A stretch of 64,000 nt of DNA, from the NCBI GenBank assembly GCA_964016885.1, contig OZ024743.1, positions 48,484,001 to 48,548,000 on the forward strand, given 5' to 3'. Made by a program: the position numbers and the translations under genes. The notes under the pieces were generated by a model. It ran no database searches and had not been told where the DNA came from. It saw only the letters and a list, made by a program, of their open reading frames with translations. Source of the DNA: Eledone cirrhosa. Taxonomy: Eukaryota. Within the stretch, counting starts at the first letter, position 1. The number at the start of each line of letters is the position of its first letter. This document shows, piece after piece, positions 1 to 13,831 of this stretch.

Positions 1-1205
1 AACGGGGTGGTGTGGATCGGGTGGGGGTGGTGGTGGTGGGACGGGGTGTATTTTGTTAGAGATGCCTACTGGCTGGAGTAGGTTTTACTATATATTTAGG
101 TAAGGCGGGTCTTCTCTGTTACTGAGTACCGCCAAAGGTCTCGGTCCAGTGACATTGTCTTGGAGAGGTGTAAGTGTGTGATGTCGGAGTTTATCAGCTC
201 GTCCCAGGTTTTTCTAGGTCTGCCTATTCCGTGACTACCGTCTATCTTTATTACCCTGCACTTTGTTATACAGCTATCGACTTTCATGCGCATCACGTGT
301 CCATACCAACGTAGCCTTCTCTCGAGTAAACAACATCTGATCCCTCTTATCTCTAATTTTTTCCTTAGTTCGTTTATGCTTTGCCGTTCACGTATATTAC
401 TGTTACACATCCAGCGGAGCATGCAAGCTTCGTTCCTCTCTAGTCTGCGTATATCCTCTGCACACAATGCCCAGGTCTCGCTGCCATGCAGCATTGCTGT
501 TCGTATGCAGGCATCGTACAACCTGCCTTTCATTTTTAGTGAGAACCCTTTAGCAGCTAATAGTGGTATAAGCTCTCTGAACTTTTTCCAACCAGTTCTG
601 ACTCTAGCTACAGTACTTTCAGAGCACCCTCCCCCACTGCTGATTTTATCGCCCAGGTAACGGAAGCTGTCCACTATTTCTATAGAACCCTCTGCGCAAT
701 TGAAAGAGCTAGTAGTTTGTGGGCACTTGCTGCTACTTATTGCACCAGAGCACCGGCCACATGTAAAATCTATGTTCTTAGTTAGCTTACCTGTGATCCC
801 ACTACATCTTTTATGCACCCATACTTTGCATTTAGGACATAAAATGGAGTTTCTACCTACGCCTTTCCTACACACCGAGCACGACCATTTCCCAGAAGGG
901 ACCGCCGCCTTGTTTTCTTTCCTACAAACTAGTACTTTGGTCTTAGCCAGGTTAATTTTAAGTCCTTTTGACTCTAGGCCGTGCTTCCATGTTTGGAATT
1001 TCTTCTCTAGCTCGGCCATTGATTCCGCTATGAGTGTCAGGTCGTCTGCGTATAGGAGTTCCCATGGGCAGCCTGTCTTGAACTCCTCTGTTATAGCCTG
1101 AAGGGCAATAATAAATAGTAGTGGGCTGAGAACAGAGCCCTGATGGATGCCAACTTTTACGCTAAACTCTTCACTATATTCGTTGTTAATTCTAACCTTG
1201 CTGAC

Positions 1206-1206
<1 letters not shown>
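1..1206 (-). mobile_element. RTE-clade LINE, PHD-in-RT family subfamily 1, 5'-truncated (copy A)
   Basis: ORF 96..1019 and upstream sequence give RT motifs (HQGSVLSPLLF, LLYADD, FRYLG, RRLRWYGHV, GRPRKTW). 5' end abuts (TA)n; 3' UTR runs off the window start. Confidence 0.93.
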
Positions 1207-1254
<48 letters not shown>

Positions 1255-1258
<4 letters not shown>

Positions 1259-1532
1259 TCCATCATCCACTTATCTAAAAAAAAATAGATTATACACAAA
1301 ACGCCAGCATCAACAGTTTTCCAAGAGATGTCAACATGAATATTATTTTTATCTAAAGACATGTTTTCCAATTCCAACCTGCCCAAACCCTTCAATCTAT
1401 CTTATTTCTCATTCTTTCTTTTGATGAAGACTAGCGTCAGAAACGTTAAGACCTTCTTCCTGCTATTTCAAGTGTTAACCTAATATATTCCTTCCATATA
1501 CTGTACCAATTGTGTTGTTATTTACCTTTTAC
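1255..1532 (+). mobile_element. Penelope-like element 3' remnant with degenerate minimal hammerhead
   Basis: Lies between (TA)n tracts. TTGATGA-agac-tagc-gtca-GAAACGTTA at 1421-1448. Related copy near 24925-25135. Confidence 0.5.
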
Positions 1533-1552
1533 ATATATATATATATATATAT

Positions 1553-2437
1553 ATAACTTTGAATAACTTTGAAATGTTTTGGCCAGTATTGGCCCAGGCC
1601 ATGTCTAACTTAATAGCACCACCTGGCGAAGTCTTTCAATTCAGGATTTGGGCACCATGGCCCATTCGAGAAGAGAATTACTGTTTGCGGAGACATATCC
1701 GGGTGTGGGTGGTTTGTCCGGGATTACTTGGAGGAATTTGTCCAAAGACTTCTTGAATTTTGTGTGGTCAGTTTCTGTTTTGACGTGTCCTGGTGTGATG
1801 TTGAAGAGAGCAGGGCTGATTGAGGTGAAATAATTGTGCCGTATTGTTGTTATGAGTTGCGATTTAGATTTTTGAATGGGACGGATAGCACGGGGCCCAA
1901 GCCTTGGGTGTATCTTGAAGGCGATGCCAACATCATTTGGGCAGTGATGATGGAACATTTTCCACATCATGCAGATAATATAACGCTCACGGCGACGTTG
2001 GAGTGAGTAAAGTTTCAGGTTTTCTAATCGACCCCAGTAGTCAAGGTCTGACATGCCATCTATCTTTTTCGTGATTGCCCTTTGAGGAGCCTCAAGTTTC
2101 ATGATACTTTGTTTCGTGTGGGGAGACCACAGTGGACAACAGTATTCAAGGTGTGGTCGGGCAAAAGTAGAGAAGAGAAGGATAATGGTGCGGGAATCTC
2201 TCGACTGGAAGGTTCTGAGGATCCAGGAACACATTCTGCAGGCCATGTCAACTTTGCTGCTTATATGCGTGGTCCAGCTTATGTTGCTGTCCACGGTTAC
2301 TCCCAAGTCTCTGATGTTGTTAGATGCCACGAGAGTTTCCCCGGAGGGAAGGGAGTACGGGAGTTTCAGAGCATCCTCTTTTCCAAAGTGGATCAGTTCG
2401 AATTTGTCTTCGTTCAGTAACATGTTGTTCTTTTCTG
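1553..2437 (-). mobile_element. CR1/L2-group LINE, 3' fragment
   Basis: C-terminal part of ORF 1641..2648: [43 protein letters not shown]. Short tandem 3' tail near 1553-1573. The ORF's N-terminal YI run is microsatellite. Confidence 0.85.
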
Positions 2438-2458
2438 TATATATATATACACATATAA

Positions 2459-2489
<31 letters not shown>

Positions 2490-2698
2490 AATATATATAT
2501 ATATACACATATAAATATATATATATACATATACATATATAAATATATATATATACATATACATATATAAATATATATATATACATATACATATATAAAT
2601 ATATACATATAAATATATATATATACATACATATATAAATATATACATTATATATATATAAATATAAATATATATATTAATATATATATATATATATA
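2437..2698. repeat. compound (TA)n/(TACA) microsatellite
   Basis: Directly visible. Confidence 0.95.
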
Positions 2699-2871
2699 AT
2701 AACTAGAAATTGATTAACATGTATATAAATAAATATAAACAGTAATAATCACAGGAGATAATTTTTACAAGCGTGTAACCACGCATGGCTAGTAGGTAAC
2801 AAATAAATAAAGTTAACTAGAACTTCAAAAATAGATACCTTTTAATGATTAATCTTCCCTGCGCACGCCGA

Positions 2872-3000
2872 TTAAAATGGGTGATTTTGTTTCATAAAAC
2901 CAGAGCTGGTTTTGGCCTGGTTGGTATGAAAAGGGTTTAAATGTTTGTTGTATACTAAGTCATGGGAGATTTCTATATTACTTAGTATACAATATATCTT
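2872..3000 (+). repeat. 129-bp local duplicate of 3818-3946
   Basis: TTAAAATGGGTG...AATATATCTT occurs at both loci with one mismatch. Confidence 0.9.
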
Positions 3001-3080
3001 CCCGGCGCATGCAGTTATGGCACGACACCCACAATTTAGATTTGGATTAAATTCATTTAATTTATCTTAATTTTGGATAT

Positions 3081-3131
<51 letters not shown>

Positions 3132-6100
3132 AGGTTAAAAAAATCAAAGATAATACTTCAAATCATTTTATGAATTTCTATGTCCATTTCAATTTTAATG
3201 AAATACAATTGCAAGTATAAATAATGATTTGTAGATGAATGAATTAATTAATCTAATCAATAAACCAATAAACATTACAATCACATATCACAAAATCTCT
3301 TCAGGAAACCAATATTAGATTTGAGGAATGTATGTCCCAAAATACCAGGCAAAGTAGGCAATGATCAACAAATAATAGATATTAAAAAATAGTCTTTTTT
3401 AAAAAACCAAATATACGAGTCAGATCAGACAGCGTCAATGTATCATGGAACTTGATTAAAGCAACAAAAAGTCTAATGTATAAAACATAAGTCCTCATGC
3501 TGTAATTTAGTTTATGTATACAAACACAAATATAGTTTTACTTACAAGAAAATGCCAACATTTCAAAGCACATTCATTCTGTTGTGACCATATTTCTAAT
3601 TAAATACCTTCTATGTTTCAATTAATTAATGAAGAATCTTGAGGAACATTATTGATTATTTCTGGAGTTACAACTGGTAAAGAGTATCAGCAATGGAAGC
3701 ATTGTCTCTTGGTCAAATTGACAATCTACTCCTTTTGTTTCATTACTAAGATAGTAACTTAACATGTTGTTCTTAGATAAAATTATGTTGGAAGATTTTA
3801 TTTTAAATTGGAACCCTTTAAAATGGGTGATTTTGTTTCATAAAACCAGAGCTGGTTTTGGCCTGGTTGGTATGAAAAGGATTTAAATGTTTGTTGTATA
3901 CTAAGTCATGGGAGATTTCTATATTACTTAGTATACAATATATCTTGTGAGATTTCTACAAGGGATATTGGAGTTTATTGTATTACATAAAACTAACAAA
4001 TGATGTATTAGAATTTATCATGATATAAATAAAATATTATCAGGTGGGTTGGGGACATTTTTTGATGTTGCCTTTTTTTAAACCTTTTAGCTGAACATTG
4101 ACTTTCTCTGTAATATATCTTTAGCTTTTAGATTAGTTGTATGCTATCTGTAGTATACACTATTTTGATAGATAGGGTAACCTTATTCCAAGCCATTTTT
4201 TTTTCACTTAAAGTAGTTTATAAATAAGCATCTAGCCAATTTTTTGATGCCCTATTATTTATTATTTACTTATTACCTCTCCCACCCCCCACACAATTTC
4301 TTATTCACATAGCGAATCTGAAACTGCAAGTTTCTTTCCTTTGCCTTCCGAGTGCACTCGTTTGAATGCACTGAATTTACTTAGTAAAAAGTGGGAATAA
4401 AATAACCTAGTTATTGATTTTTCTTCTCTGATTGCTGCTATGTGGTACTTTGCCAAACATAAACATCTATATTTCAGCTCCATGTCTTAGGTGTTAGCTT
4501 TGTGTATTATAAATAAATGGATGAGTTGTGCCAGCAGTTTAGAAACACTTTTATCAATAACATGTTTGGCATGAAGGATGCACACATATGTGCCTTGATA
4601 TCACTGAAAACTTAGGAGAAAAACATCCAGTTTTTCATTTTTCTTTTTAAATCAAGAAAAATGTTTCAGATTAATATTCATAAAGAAGAATTTTTAGTAT
4701 TCTTTTTATTACATAATCTTAGAAAGAAGCCAATAGGAAAATTATTTTTTTAATAAACAAGTAAATAATTAAATGGTGATATTATTAATAAAATATTTAT
4801 CTATGAATAAATGGTTCAATTTCTTAGTCTCAGTCTTGAATCCAAATCAGTGAATTTATGTCAAAACATTTCCAGCTTTGCATTATAATGAATGGATATC
4901 AAATAAAAAGTAATAAAACTTATTTCTGAAACAACTTCTAACTAATATTTTTTATTGTCTAGTGATTAAAGTGTTGGACTCAATCATAACGTTGTGGGTT
5001 TGATTCCTGGACTGGATAGTGTGCTGAGTTCTTGATCAAGGCACTTCATTTCACATTGCTTTTCATGATAGGGTTGGGACTCCTATAATTAAAACACCTG
5101 AGAAACCTATACGATATAGCTTTGTAGAGGTCAGCTAAACCTGAAAAGTGTTAGCTATAAAAATCTGACATTCTGGCAAATTTTCTTAGTTTTGAAAAAT
5201 GTTCACAGGGTTAATCACTTGCAACATTTCTGGAACTGAGAAAGCTCTTCGAATTCTGTTTTTAATATTGAATATGTTTTCAAACCAGTAAGTTCCATTT
5301 GTTTATTACTAAATATTTTCATAATCACTAAGTGAAGATTGGTTTATGCAAACATGCAGTTTCCATTTTCAGCAAAATCAGAAAAATGTCTTTCAAATTT
5401 TTTTAGCATATGTTGTAAAATTGCCATTTATCATCAGCACATTCACTTCATTCTATTAAATATGAAACTTGATTCTAATTCTCATATTTTAGCTGAGAAA
5501 TGAATGGTTTTAATTTCATCTGGAATGCATTGATGTCATTTACTCAGCTAAGAAACAGTTTGTTCTTACCTTGCAGTTTCGAATTTATATAATTCAGATA
5601 GTTGGTTATATTAATTAAAATGCTCTATCAAATAATGAGTTATCACCTACAAGTGTTTTCTTTGAACAGCTAATTTTTCTCTTCTAGAAAATTATGAATG
5701 GTATTTTTCAGTTTCCAAAACCTATTCAATGAAGGCATGCAGTCTAGTGGTTAGAATGGCATGTTGTGTCTTTAAGCAAGATACTTCATTACATGCTTCT
5801 CCAGTTCACCCACCTCTTTGTTAAACCTGGTATAGACTGGCATCCTGTCCAGTGAGGGAGTGTTGTATTCAGTTGCTTAATGGCAATGAAGCTCGGATGA
5901 TCTTTGACCTGATGAGCTTCTAAGCTTGAGATGGACTTTAACCTAATGCAGAACCCATACACTAGAAAGTTAACACACCTCACAATGGAGAACAAGACAT
6001 TCCAGATCTAACATACCACAATATCCTCTCAATTCTCATCTATTTAACGTTATGTTCTAATTTTATTCACCCATTTTACAACTATTAACATAACATATTG

Positions 6101-6229
6101 CAAGTTTAGTGTTTTTTACATAGAATAACTCTCAGTGTAATGCAGTGATACTTTAATAGAGGATGATCTAAAAAGTTATAGTCCCAGCTGTTTTACAGAT
6201 CATCAGCTGAGCTCAGGACAAATATATAT

Positions 6230-6470
6230 ATATATAAGATCAAAAGATGGTTAAAAGAGTTCCACGTATTTTATTATGCGCATTTCAAAAACAAATATCA
6301 TCATGCGATGACATTTGCATTTTCATCAGATAAAATAGATGGAAATACATGGAACTCTTTTAACCATCTTTTGATCTTATATATTATTTATACTCCAGTC
6401 CTACAAACTGTAGAGTGCTACTTATCCGATATCTGCATTGCTTTATTGTACTACAATAAAACTCACCTCC

Positions 6471-6476
<6 letters not shown>
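6230..6476. mobile_element. Small fold-back Penelope-type (pLTR-like) element in (TA)n
   Basis: 42-bp inverted arms 6230-6271 and 6343-6384 (1 mismatch) enclose a hammerhead. The right arm continues to AATAAA and (TA)n. Confidence 0.75.
6267..6337 (-). ncRNA. Type I minimal hammerhead ribozyme
   Basis: Minus strand: UAUUUUAU-CUGAUGA-[16-bp stem II, loop GCAU]-GAAA-U-GCGC-A-UA|AUAAAAUA. 8-bp helix I, intact core, palindromic loop III, AUA cleavage triplet. Confidence 0.88.
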
Positions 6477-6511
<35 letters not shown>

Positions 6512-8040
6512 TGTGATGTACTAATTAAACAATATATATGAGTTTACTGAAATTTACTTGTAGATTTTTCAAACCTGACAACTTTTTCAAATATATCTGA
6601 TCCTTCTGTTTATCAATGAAGCACCTCAAAACTGAGAAGTGGTTAGGGTGTTGGACTTGTGATCATAAGATTGTGCGTTTGATTCCTGGACCTGGTGGTT
6701 TATTGTGTTCTCGAGCGGTTTCATGTTGCTTTCCACAAGATGTATCATTGTAGAAGGCTAGCTAAACCTGCATAGATGTGAGCTGACAAGTTCTTCAGAT
6801 ACAAAAATTGCCATCAGTTCCTCTTATAAAAATGCTTAACCAGGCTATATTGCATATATCTTTATATTTGTCCAAAGCTAAAGAATATGTAGTACAAGCA
6901 TAGAAAAGACCTTTCAGTTGATCAAATACAGTGTGGAAGAGTTCATTAGTACATCACATTTTTATTGCTAAGACATTGTACAGATTTTTTTAGATAAAAT
7001 CTTACAATTTCTTCATTAGGGAAAGGCTTCCATTTTTGTAGTCTATGCTAAAGCAATTTTGTAGGGCACTTCTTTCATTACAAATTCTTTCATAACTTCA
7101 ACAGATTTAATTTCTTTTGATTTTTTCCTTGTTCTTAATCATGCATACGTGCCTTAACCCAGGCACTAACACAAGCTTCAGTTTTATTTTAGTCTGACGT
7201 GTTTATTACAATAATGTTTTCTGTTATGTGAGAAACTATTTTCACAAACAATGCACAATGGTTTTCCTGAAGTACCCGCTATAAATAACACACTTTTCCC
7301 ACATTTAATTCACACTTATTTTCACCTTTTGCTTTTCTTTTGATGGTTAAAATAAAAAGAAGGCTTAATTTTCTGAAAACATCAACTTGCAAATGTTCAC
7401 AAAGGATGAACAAAGCACTTCTAACTAGCATAAAGCTTCTGTTGATCTTTGATAGCTGCTACATCCAGTGCACTACTTTTGATATATGTACCAAAGGTTG
7501 ACCATCCCTGAATTAAAGACTTGTTATGTATTAATATGGGTTACATGAAATTATATCTGGAGATGTACAGAGTAAATAGTTATGAGAGTGAGAGTATTTA
7601 ATAAGACCTGTTGTTTGAGTTATTAATCAAAAGATATATTGTGATGTAGAAGTATTTTATAAATCATTTTATTCACAACACTTAAATAATTAGTTCCCAA
7701 ACAAAACAACTAGAAAATGCTTTATACCAATGATTGTTTTAACCCTTTTCATGCAAAAGGACCTGAAACTGCCCCATAGTTCTACAATACTAAGTAGTTT
7801 ATTTTAAAGTTTTTATATTTACCTATAAACCTTACACCATAATTCTTCCTTGGAATCTTTGTTAAATTTGCCAAATCCTAAATTCCCTTAAATTCTTCAT
7901 TATTTTCAAAATTGTTTGAAAATCATAGGCTGTGTCTTTCATTAGAAATATGCTACTGAAAGAGATGATATATCAACATCTGCATTTGATGAAGAAGCAT
8001 TCAATCGAAATAATATATTTTGAGAACATCCTGTGTTTTC

Positions 8041-8042
<2 letters not shown>

Positions 8043-8130
<88 letters not shown>
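8043..8130. repeat. (TG)n microsatellite
   Basis: Directly visible. Confidence 0.98.
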
Positions 8131-8134
<4 letters not shown>

Positions 8135-9172
8135 GTCTGTTCCCTAGGGGGAAATGGATAAATCACAATCATTTCTTTCTCATCCCAGTCTTTAAGAGTT
8201 GATAATCATTTGATTTAGCTATTAATTACAGGTAAAAACTCATTTTAGAACCTATTCATTGTTTTGTGCTTCTGCTTAAAATAATGGTTTTCAGTTAACT
8301 GGCACTGATATAAAACCTAGTGTTATTTCATTACTAGAAACTACATAGAGCAGAAAATAAAACTTTTCTTTAGTAGTTTCATACAGCATATAACTGCAAA
8401 TAATAATTGCTAACATTCACATTTCCAACAATTTCTAAGAACTCTTCACTCAGCAGAAACTATGAAAACCATTTATCTTACACTTGTTGTTTTCTGTGAT
8501 TCATTTTCTTTATATATTTCTAGTCAGAGAAATTATTTTCTGATTGAGTAGTCAAGCCCTATCAATTGTATATACCAGTGTAACTTTTGTCTGCAACCTG
8601 TTAGTACTCTCTTTCCTTCACCATTCTCTTATGTAGTTGTGAAGTGCTTATTCTCTTTTATTTATCCTATGTCTCATATCTTTATAATACATACACATAT
8701 ATGTGTTAACCTATAAATCAAGCTTTCATCATCATAGTCATAATCATTATCACCAACATCATTTTATGTTTCTTTCCATGCTGGTATGAGTTGGATGGGT
8801 TGTCATGGCCCAAGACAAGATAGTCCCAATGCCACGCCTTGCTCATATATTCCATATTTGGGCATGGTTTCTATGGCTGAATGCTCTTCCTTATACTAAC
8901 CTGATTTGATTTTTATTAAATAGCTAACATTTTGGTTGTAACCTTAGTTATTGGTAATTGAGTCGATCATTTTGTTAACACCCTTTCAAAACTGCATTTT
9001 AAATGAAAGGTACTACCTATAATTTTCAAGTCATATTGAACATAATCAAGAGTTTGAAGGGATTTAGTCAGATAACTTTTTCATTGTTAAGCTAGTGTTT
9101 GGGACAGAGCAAAGGATTTTTATGGAGTGGGTTTTTTGGGGTTGGGTGGGGGTATTTGATGATCATAAACAA

Positions 9173-9631
9173 TCTAAACTATAATAAAGGAGTGAAGGAC
9201 TGCATCAAGAATATTTTTTTTTATCCCATTTGTAAAATAAGTTGGATTACTTTGAATAAATAATGAATGAATTTATCTACTAAATTTTGTGGCGGTTCAT
9301 TAAATATATTTTATTACTTATTTAAAGATTCACTTCTTTAAAATGTTCAAATGTCAACACTTCTGGTTAGCGATCACTTAAATAAACATTCATATATCAC
9401 TAATTTTCTCCTAATGCAGTTTATATATAATATCGTCTTTTTTTAATGTATCATGGATTACGTTACTGATTACATAAGACAATGTAATTCAGTCTTCGTT
9501 CAATTTCTGTATATATTGTCAATTACGATTTTATTTGATGTATCATATCTACATGTATATATATTTGCGTATAATATCAATATACACACTACACATGCTA
9601 GCAGACCACCAGAAGGGTGGTTTTCTGCTAG
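9173..9631 (+). mobile_element. Non-autonomous Helitron, copy 1
   Basis: 5' TC (A|TCTAAACT), 3' hairpin CCACC-agaag-GGTGG, CTAG|T end. Sits between A and T with no TSD. Homologous to 13832-14307. Confidence 0.85.
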
Positions 9632-11856
9632 TTTAAAATAAACAGCTTTGTATCATAGAACCAGGTAGCTTGGTATCAAAGAGTTAAACTCAAATATTTT
9701 TTGTAGTACAACTTTTGGATCTTGGTTTTGCTAAGCCATTCTCAGCCACAATATATTTTAATTTGTTGTATTTCAATTCTCTGCTTTAATCTTTTTTCTA
9801 TCCCAATTTCATTGTTGTCTATTTGATGCCAGACTGCAGAAATGTTCTGTAGATATATCATGGTTAAATTATTTAGAATTTCACTTCATAATCATAAGGT
9901 CCTGGGTTTGATTCCACTGCATGACATCTTGGGTGTCAAATACTATAGTCTCAGGTCAACCTAAGCCTTGTTTGGAAGCCTGTTGGATGGACTGTACCTG
10001 TAATTTAAAGGGCTAACCTTATCACACTGTTATATTTCCTGAAAATTATGGATATACAAGTCTGTGGAATGTTTAGCCATTTGCACATTAATCTCATGAC
10101 TAACAGAGTTTCATTCCACTTACAGAATATTCCTATTTTTAGAAGTACTCAATTTACACTTCAAATATATATTTCATTGTGTACATTGGCTTGAAACTTC
10201 AAATCAATGGTGTAAAAAGTAGTTTTATGAGAAGGTGTGTGGCCTAGTGGATAGGGTGTTGGATTAATTTCCTGGACTGGGCAGTGTATTCTGTTTTTAA
10301 GTAAGGTACTTTATTTCATGTTGCTTTTCATGATAGGACAGCTCTCGTTAGAACACCCAAGAAACCTATGAGATGCAACCTAAAGGCCAGCTAAACCTGT
10401 ATAGATGTGGGCTGTAAATTTCATTTCATTAAATAGTAGTAATAGTGGCAATGTGGTAGTGATGGTGATTGTAGTAGTAGTCATGCTTATGTCAAGATCA
10501 CTGAACTGATAGTTCATAGAATAAATATATAAGTATATATTGAGAAACCTGAAATATTGAATAACCATTAAAGCAGTAAAATATCTCTGAGTTTCAACTA
10601 CATTACATGATTAATATGAAACATCTCTTGAGTTTGCCTGCCATATTTATTCCACTTTTAACAAACAGTGTGTGAAGGAATTACATTGATACTGTGGTTT
10701 CAAGTCCCATTTTATAGGCTCCAGCATCATCTCTTGTTTTATTTGGTAGTTGTCTCTTATCAATTCATTCATCTTTAAACAGCTCCCACAATTTAGTGCA
10801 AGAACTGCAACCAAATTATTTACAGTCTTGCTTTGAATGTACTGTCAAACATTATTGTCAGATCATTATTGACAAAATGTAGAGTTTCTCCAATGTTTAG
10901 ATTATTTTCCAGGCATCATGCAGACAACTTTGACAGTCCAACTATGTCTGCTGATATTTTTTATTTAGATGGGAATCTATACTCTATTATGACAATGTTC
11001 ATAGTTGAAATTACTTGTTTTAATCAATATCATATTTATTTCACATCTATTTCCTTCTTCATGATTATATCACATTTTAAGGCTTTATAAACTTTAATTT
11101 TAACTATTTTGATACCAACCCACATGGAACCATCCCTCTTTCTACTATTCAAAATTGATTTCTTTTAATCATTTATATTTATCTTCCATTCATATTTTAT
11201 GTAAGAACCTTTATTCTCCCAAACCAGAATAACAAGAAATTTATTTTACTAAATCCCTTTAACTTATTGATTATTTTGAAAACTATTTAAAAATCATAGG
11301 CACGGTGTTTTATCAGAAATAAAGCTAGAAAAGAGTCAATCTATATATAGTTACAGAATTGTTTGAGCTGTTTTTAAATTGCTCTTTATATCATAGTTCT
11401 TATTTAGAATAAACCAATGCACATTTTAAAGTATTTGTTGATTCTCTTTATCCTCATATTTATAGAAAATTACTGTCTATTGTTATTTGATAAATTGTTT
11501 TATAATCAACCCACTTTATCGGTATTTATTTCAATTGATGAAATAGACCAAAAAGATACACATCTATCATTAATTTTCCTAGCTAGCAAATTCGGAGATT
11601 TACATAATGTTAAAGCAGTTGTTTCTACTTTTGATTTTGCTAAACATTCAGCTGCCAAAGTGGAGTTAGAATTTTCCAAGCTGGAAATGTTAACTAAATG
11701 TTCCTTGCTTTTTGGATTTCCCTATCTGTTTACAATTTTCCTGCAACTGTTCGAAAGGAATATCAACTACATTCATTTTACTGGCCTCAGAATGCCTGCA
11801 AAGACTATAGTCACTGCCCTTCTTGTTCTTGTCCAATACTGTAAAAAATGCATTAA

Positions 11857-12090
11857 CCCTTTTGATACAAAACTACTGAAAATCACCCTTGGTTCTATAA
11901 TATAAATCTTTTTATTGAAAGCGTTTATATTTATCGAAACACCTATCATAATTTTTATTTAAGAATCCTTAAGTTTAATAATGAGGAAGTTAGTTATAAG
12001 TTACTAAATTCCTCCAATTTCTTCATTATTTTGTAAGTTACTTGAAAATGATATTCAGTATATTTTATTAGATATAGGTTAATGAAAGGG
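11857..12090 (+). mobile_element. piggyBac-type MITE family A (representative copy)
   Basis: TTAA|CCCTTT...AAAGGG|TTAA. Many decayed relatives in the window, e.g. near 7743, 8980-9685, 12630-12831, 26189, 41560, 54240-54657. Confidence 0.75.
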
Positions 12091-13831
12091 TTAAAATACC
12101 TACTTTTTGCAGGTTGAGGTTATCTCGAAGCTGGCTAATTAGGTCAGATCCTAAAAAATTGAATTTCACAGTTGTCATTGCAGTAATGATGGAAATATAC
12201 TGAATTCTGCTCTGTTCAAGAAATAGCATTGTAGTAAAATGGACATTTAGATGATGATGATGATGATGGTCCTAAAGCATTAGATGTCAGAAATTCAATA
12301 GATTTTATTTGGTTTTCTAGAAAACGAATTGATTGGCTACTTATTACCATAATTCATGAATCTTGTTATTTCCATGTAGTAACAAAGATCTTAATTCTTA
12401 AAATGTCCTGTACCATATGAAACTGCATTAGAATGGCATTCTTTAAAAGTTCAGGAGAGGACTATGACTTCATGACATTAAAAATTAAAGTATTTATTCT
12501 AATACAGCAAATTTTGATGATAATCTTGTTCGCTAGTAAAAGATACTGTAAACATTTGTATTAGGAAACTCATTTTTAGATACTTTCTGTGAAATCATTA
12601 CATCATGTTAAGAGTTTAATATTGGTAATTTAGTCCTTTCATTATCATATTTCTTATGAAAGACACAGCTTATGATATTTTAATAATTTTGAGAGTAATC
12701 AAGTATTTGAAAGGATTTACTAATGTAACTAAAGTGTTCATTATTAAGCTGGTGTTTGAAAGAATTCAACAAAGATTCTCACACTTATCATGAAATGAGG
12801 AGTGGTATCAGGCTGGTTGGTATCAAAAGGGTTAAATTCCTCTCATTAATGTGTCCATTTATCTTAGCAAATGTTTAAAATTTCCCTTGAGGTTTTTTTT
12901 CTTCAAGTTTATTATCAAAATCAAAATGAAATATTTAAAATCTGATGATGATTTACACTTACTCAAAAAAATCATTTTCATTTATGCTGATCTAAAAATA
13001 AAACATTGTTTCACTATTTTAATCAATAAATTTAAACAATTCTGACAGCAACAAACACTTCTAATTACAAAGTAAATACAGATGTTTTTGTTTAGGCAAG
13101 GTAAATAACTGACGAAAAACATATATAAGGGAGTATTAAATTAATGGCATAAATTTATGATAATGATAATGTTATAATGAATCTGATGATGTAATAATTA
13201 TACTAATATAACAGTGCAATGATTGAAATGTTGTTAATTATTAGGTATTGAGGCATTCTTTTTCCTCTATCCATTTGCAAGAGATAAATTACTTAAACAA
13301 AATTGTGTGATTGTATAAATATATGTGTTAGTTGTCAACAACCATTGAATTTCCATGGGTCTAGCTAGTGGTTATTTCTTGAAATTATCTCTCCTTTACT
13401 ATGACAGTTGCTAGTAGTTGCTGGTATTTTTTCTTTCTTTATCCAACTAAGAGGGAAATTTTATTTAAGTAAGGATTGCATGCTTCATTTTGTACATTAA
13501 CCTCTAACTTGTTTGAAGCAACAGTTTTAGAGTAGTATAAGAGACAATAGAAAAAAACGTGCACATGCACATCTAATTGTGAATGCACACTAACACATTT
13601 TCAAAACATTCTACAAAAGACACAGTATAAAAGTATTTATGAAAGGAAACCAGTGGTGTAATACTTGTTTATAAATTGCACCTTTCTCCTTGGAAAACAT
13701 CAATTCAAAATATATGGTAAGTTATAAATGTGATTTATCTACTAATTTGACTTATACATGAGTATAACAGTTTACTTTAGAAGTTTTAATGAAAGTCGCA
13801 CATAAAATGCTCTTGTTGACATAAAAAGAAA

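Noticed and set aside
286-1101. + strand ORFs repeated at 51017-52162 and 52816-53895
   Set aside because: Antisense shadows of the RTE ORF.
2774-3027. Solo LTR (TG...CA ends)
   Set aside because: No matching target-site duplication and no second copy.
11417-11905. 162-aa ORF (similarly 49390..49887)
   Set aside because: No recognisable motifs, AT-rich composition, and it runs into MITE sequence, so it is likely a chance ORF.
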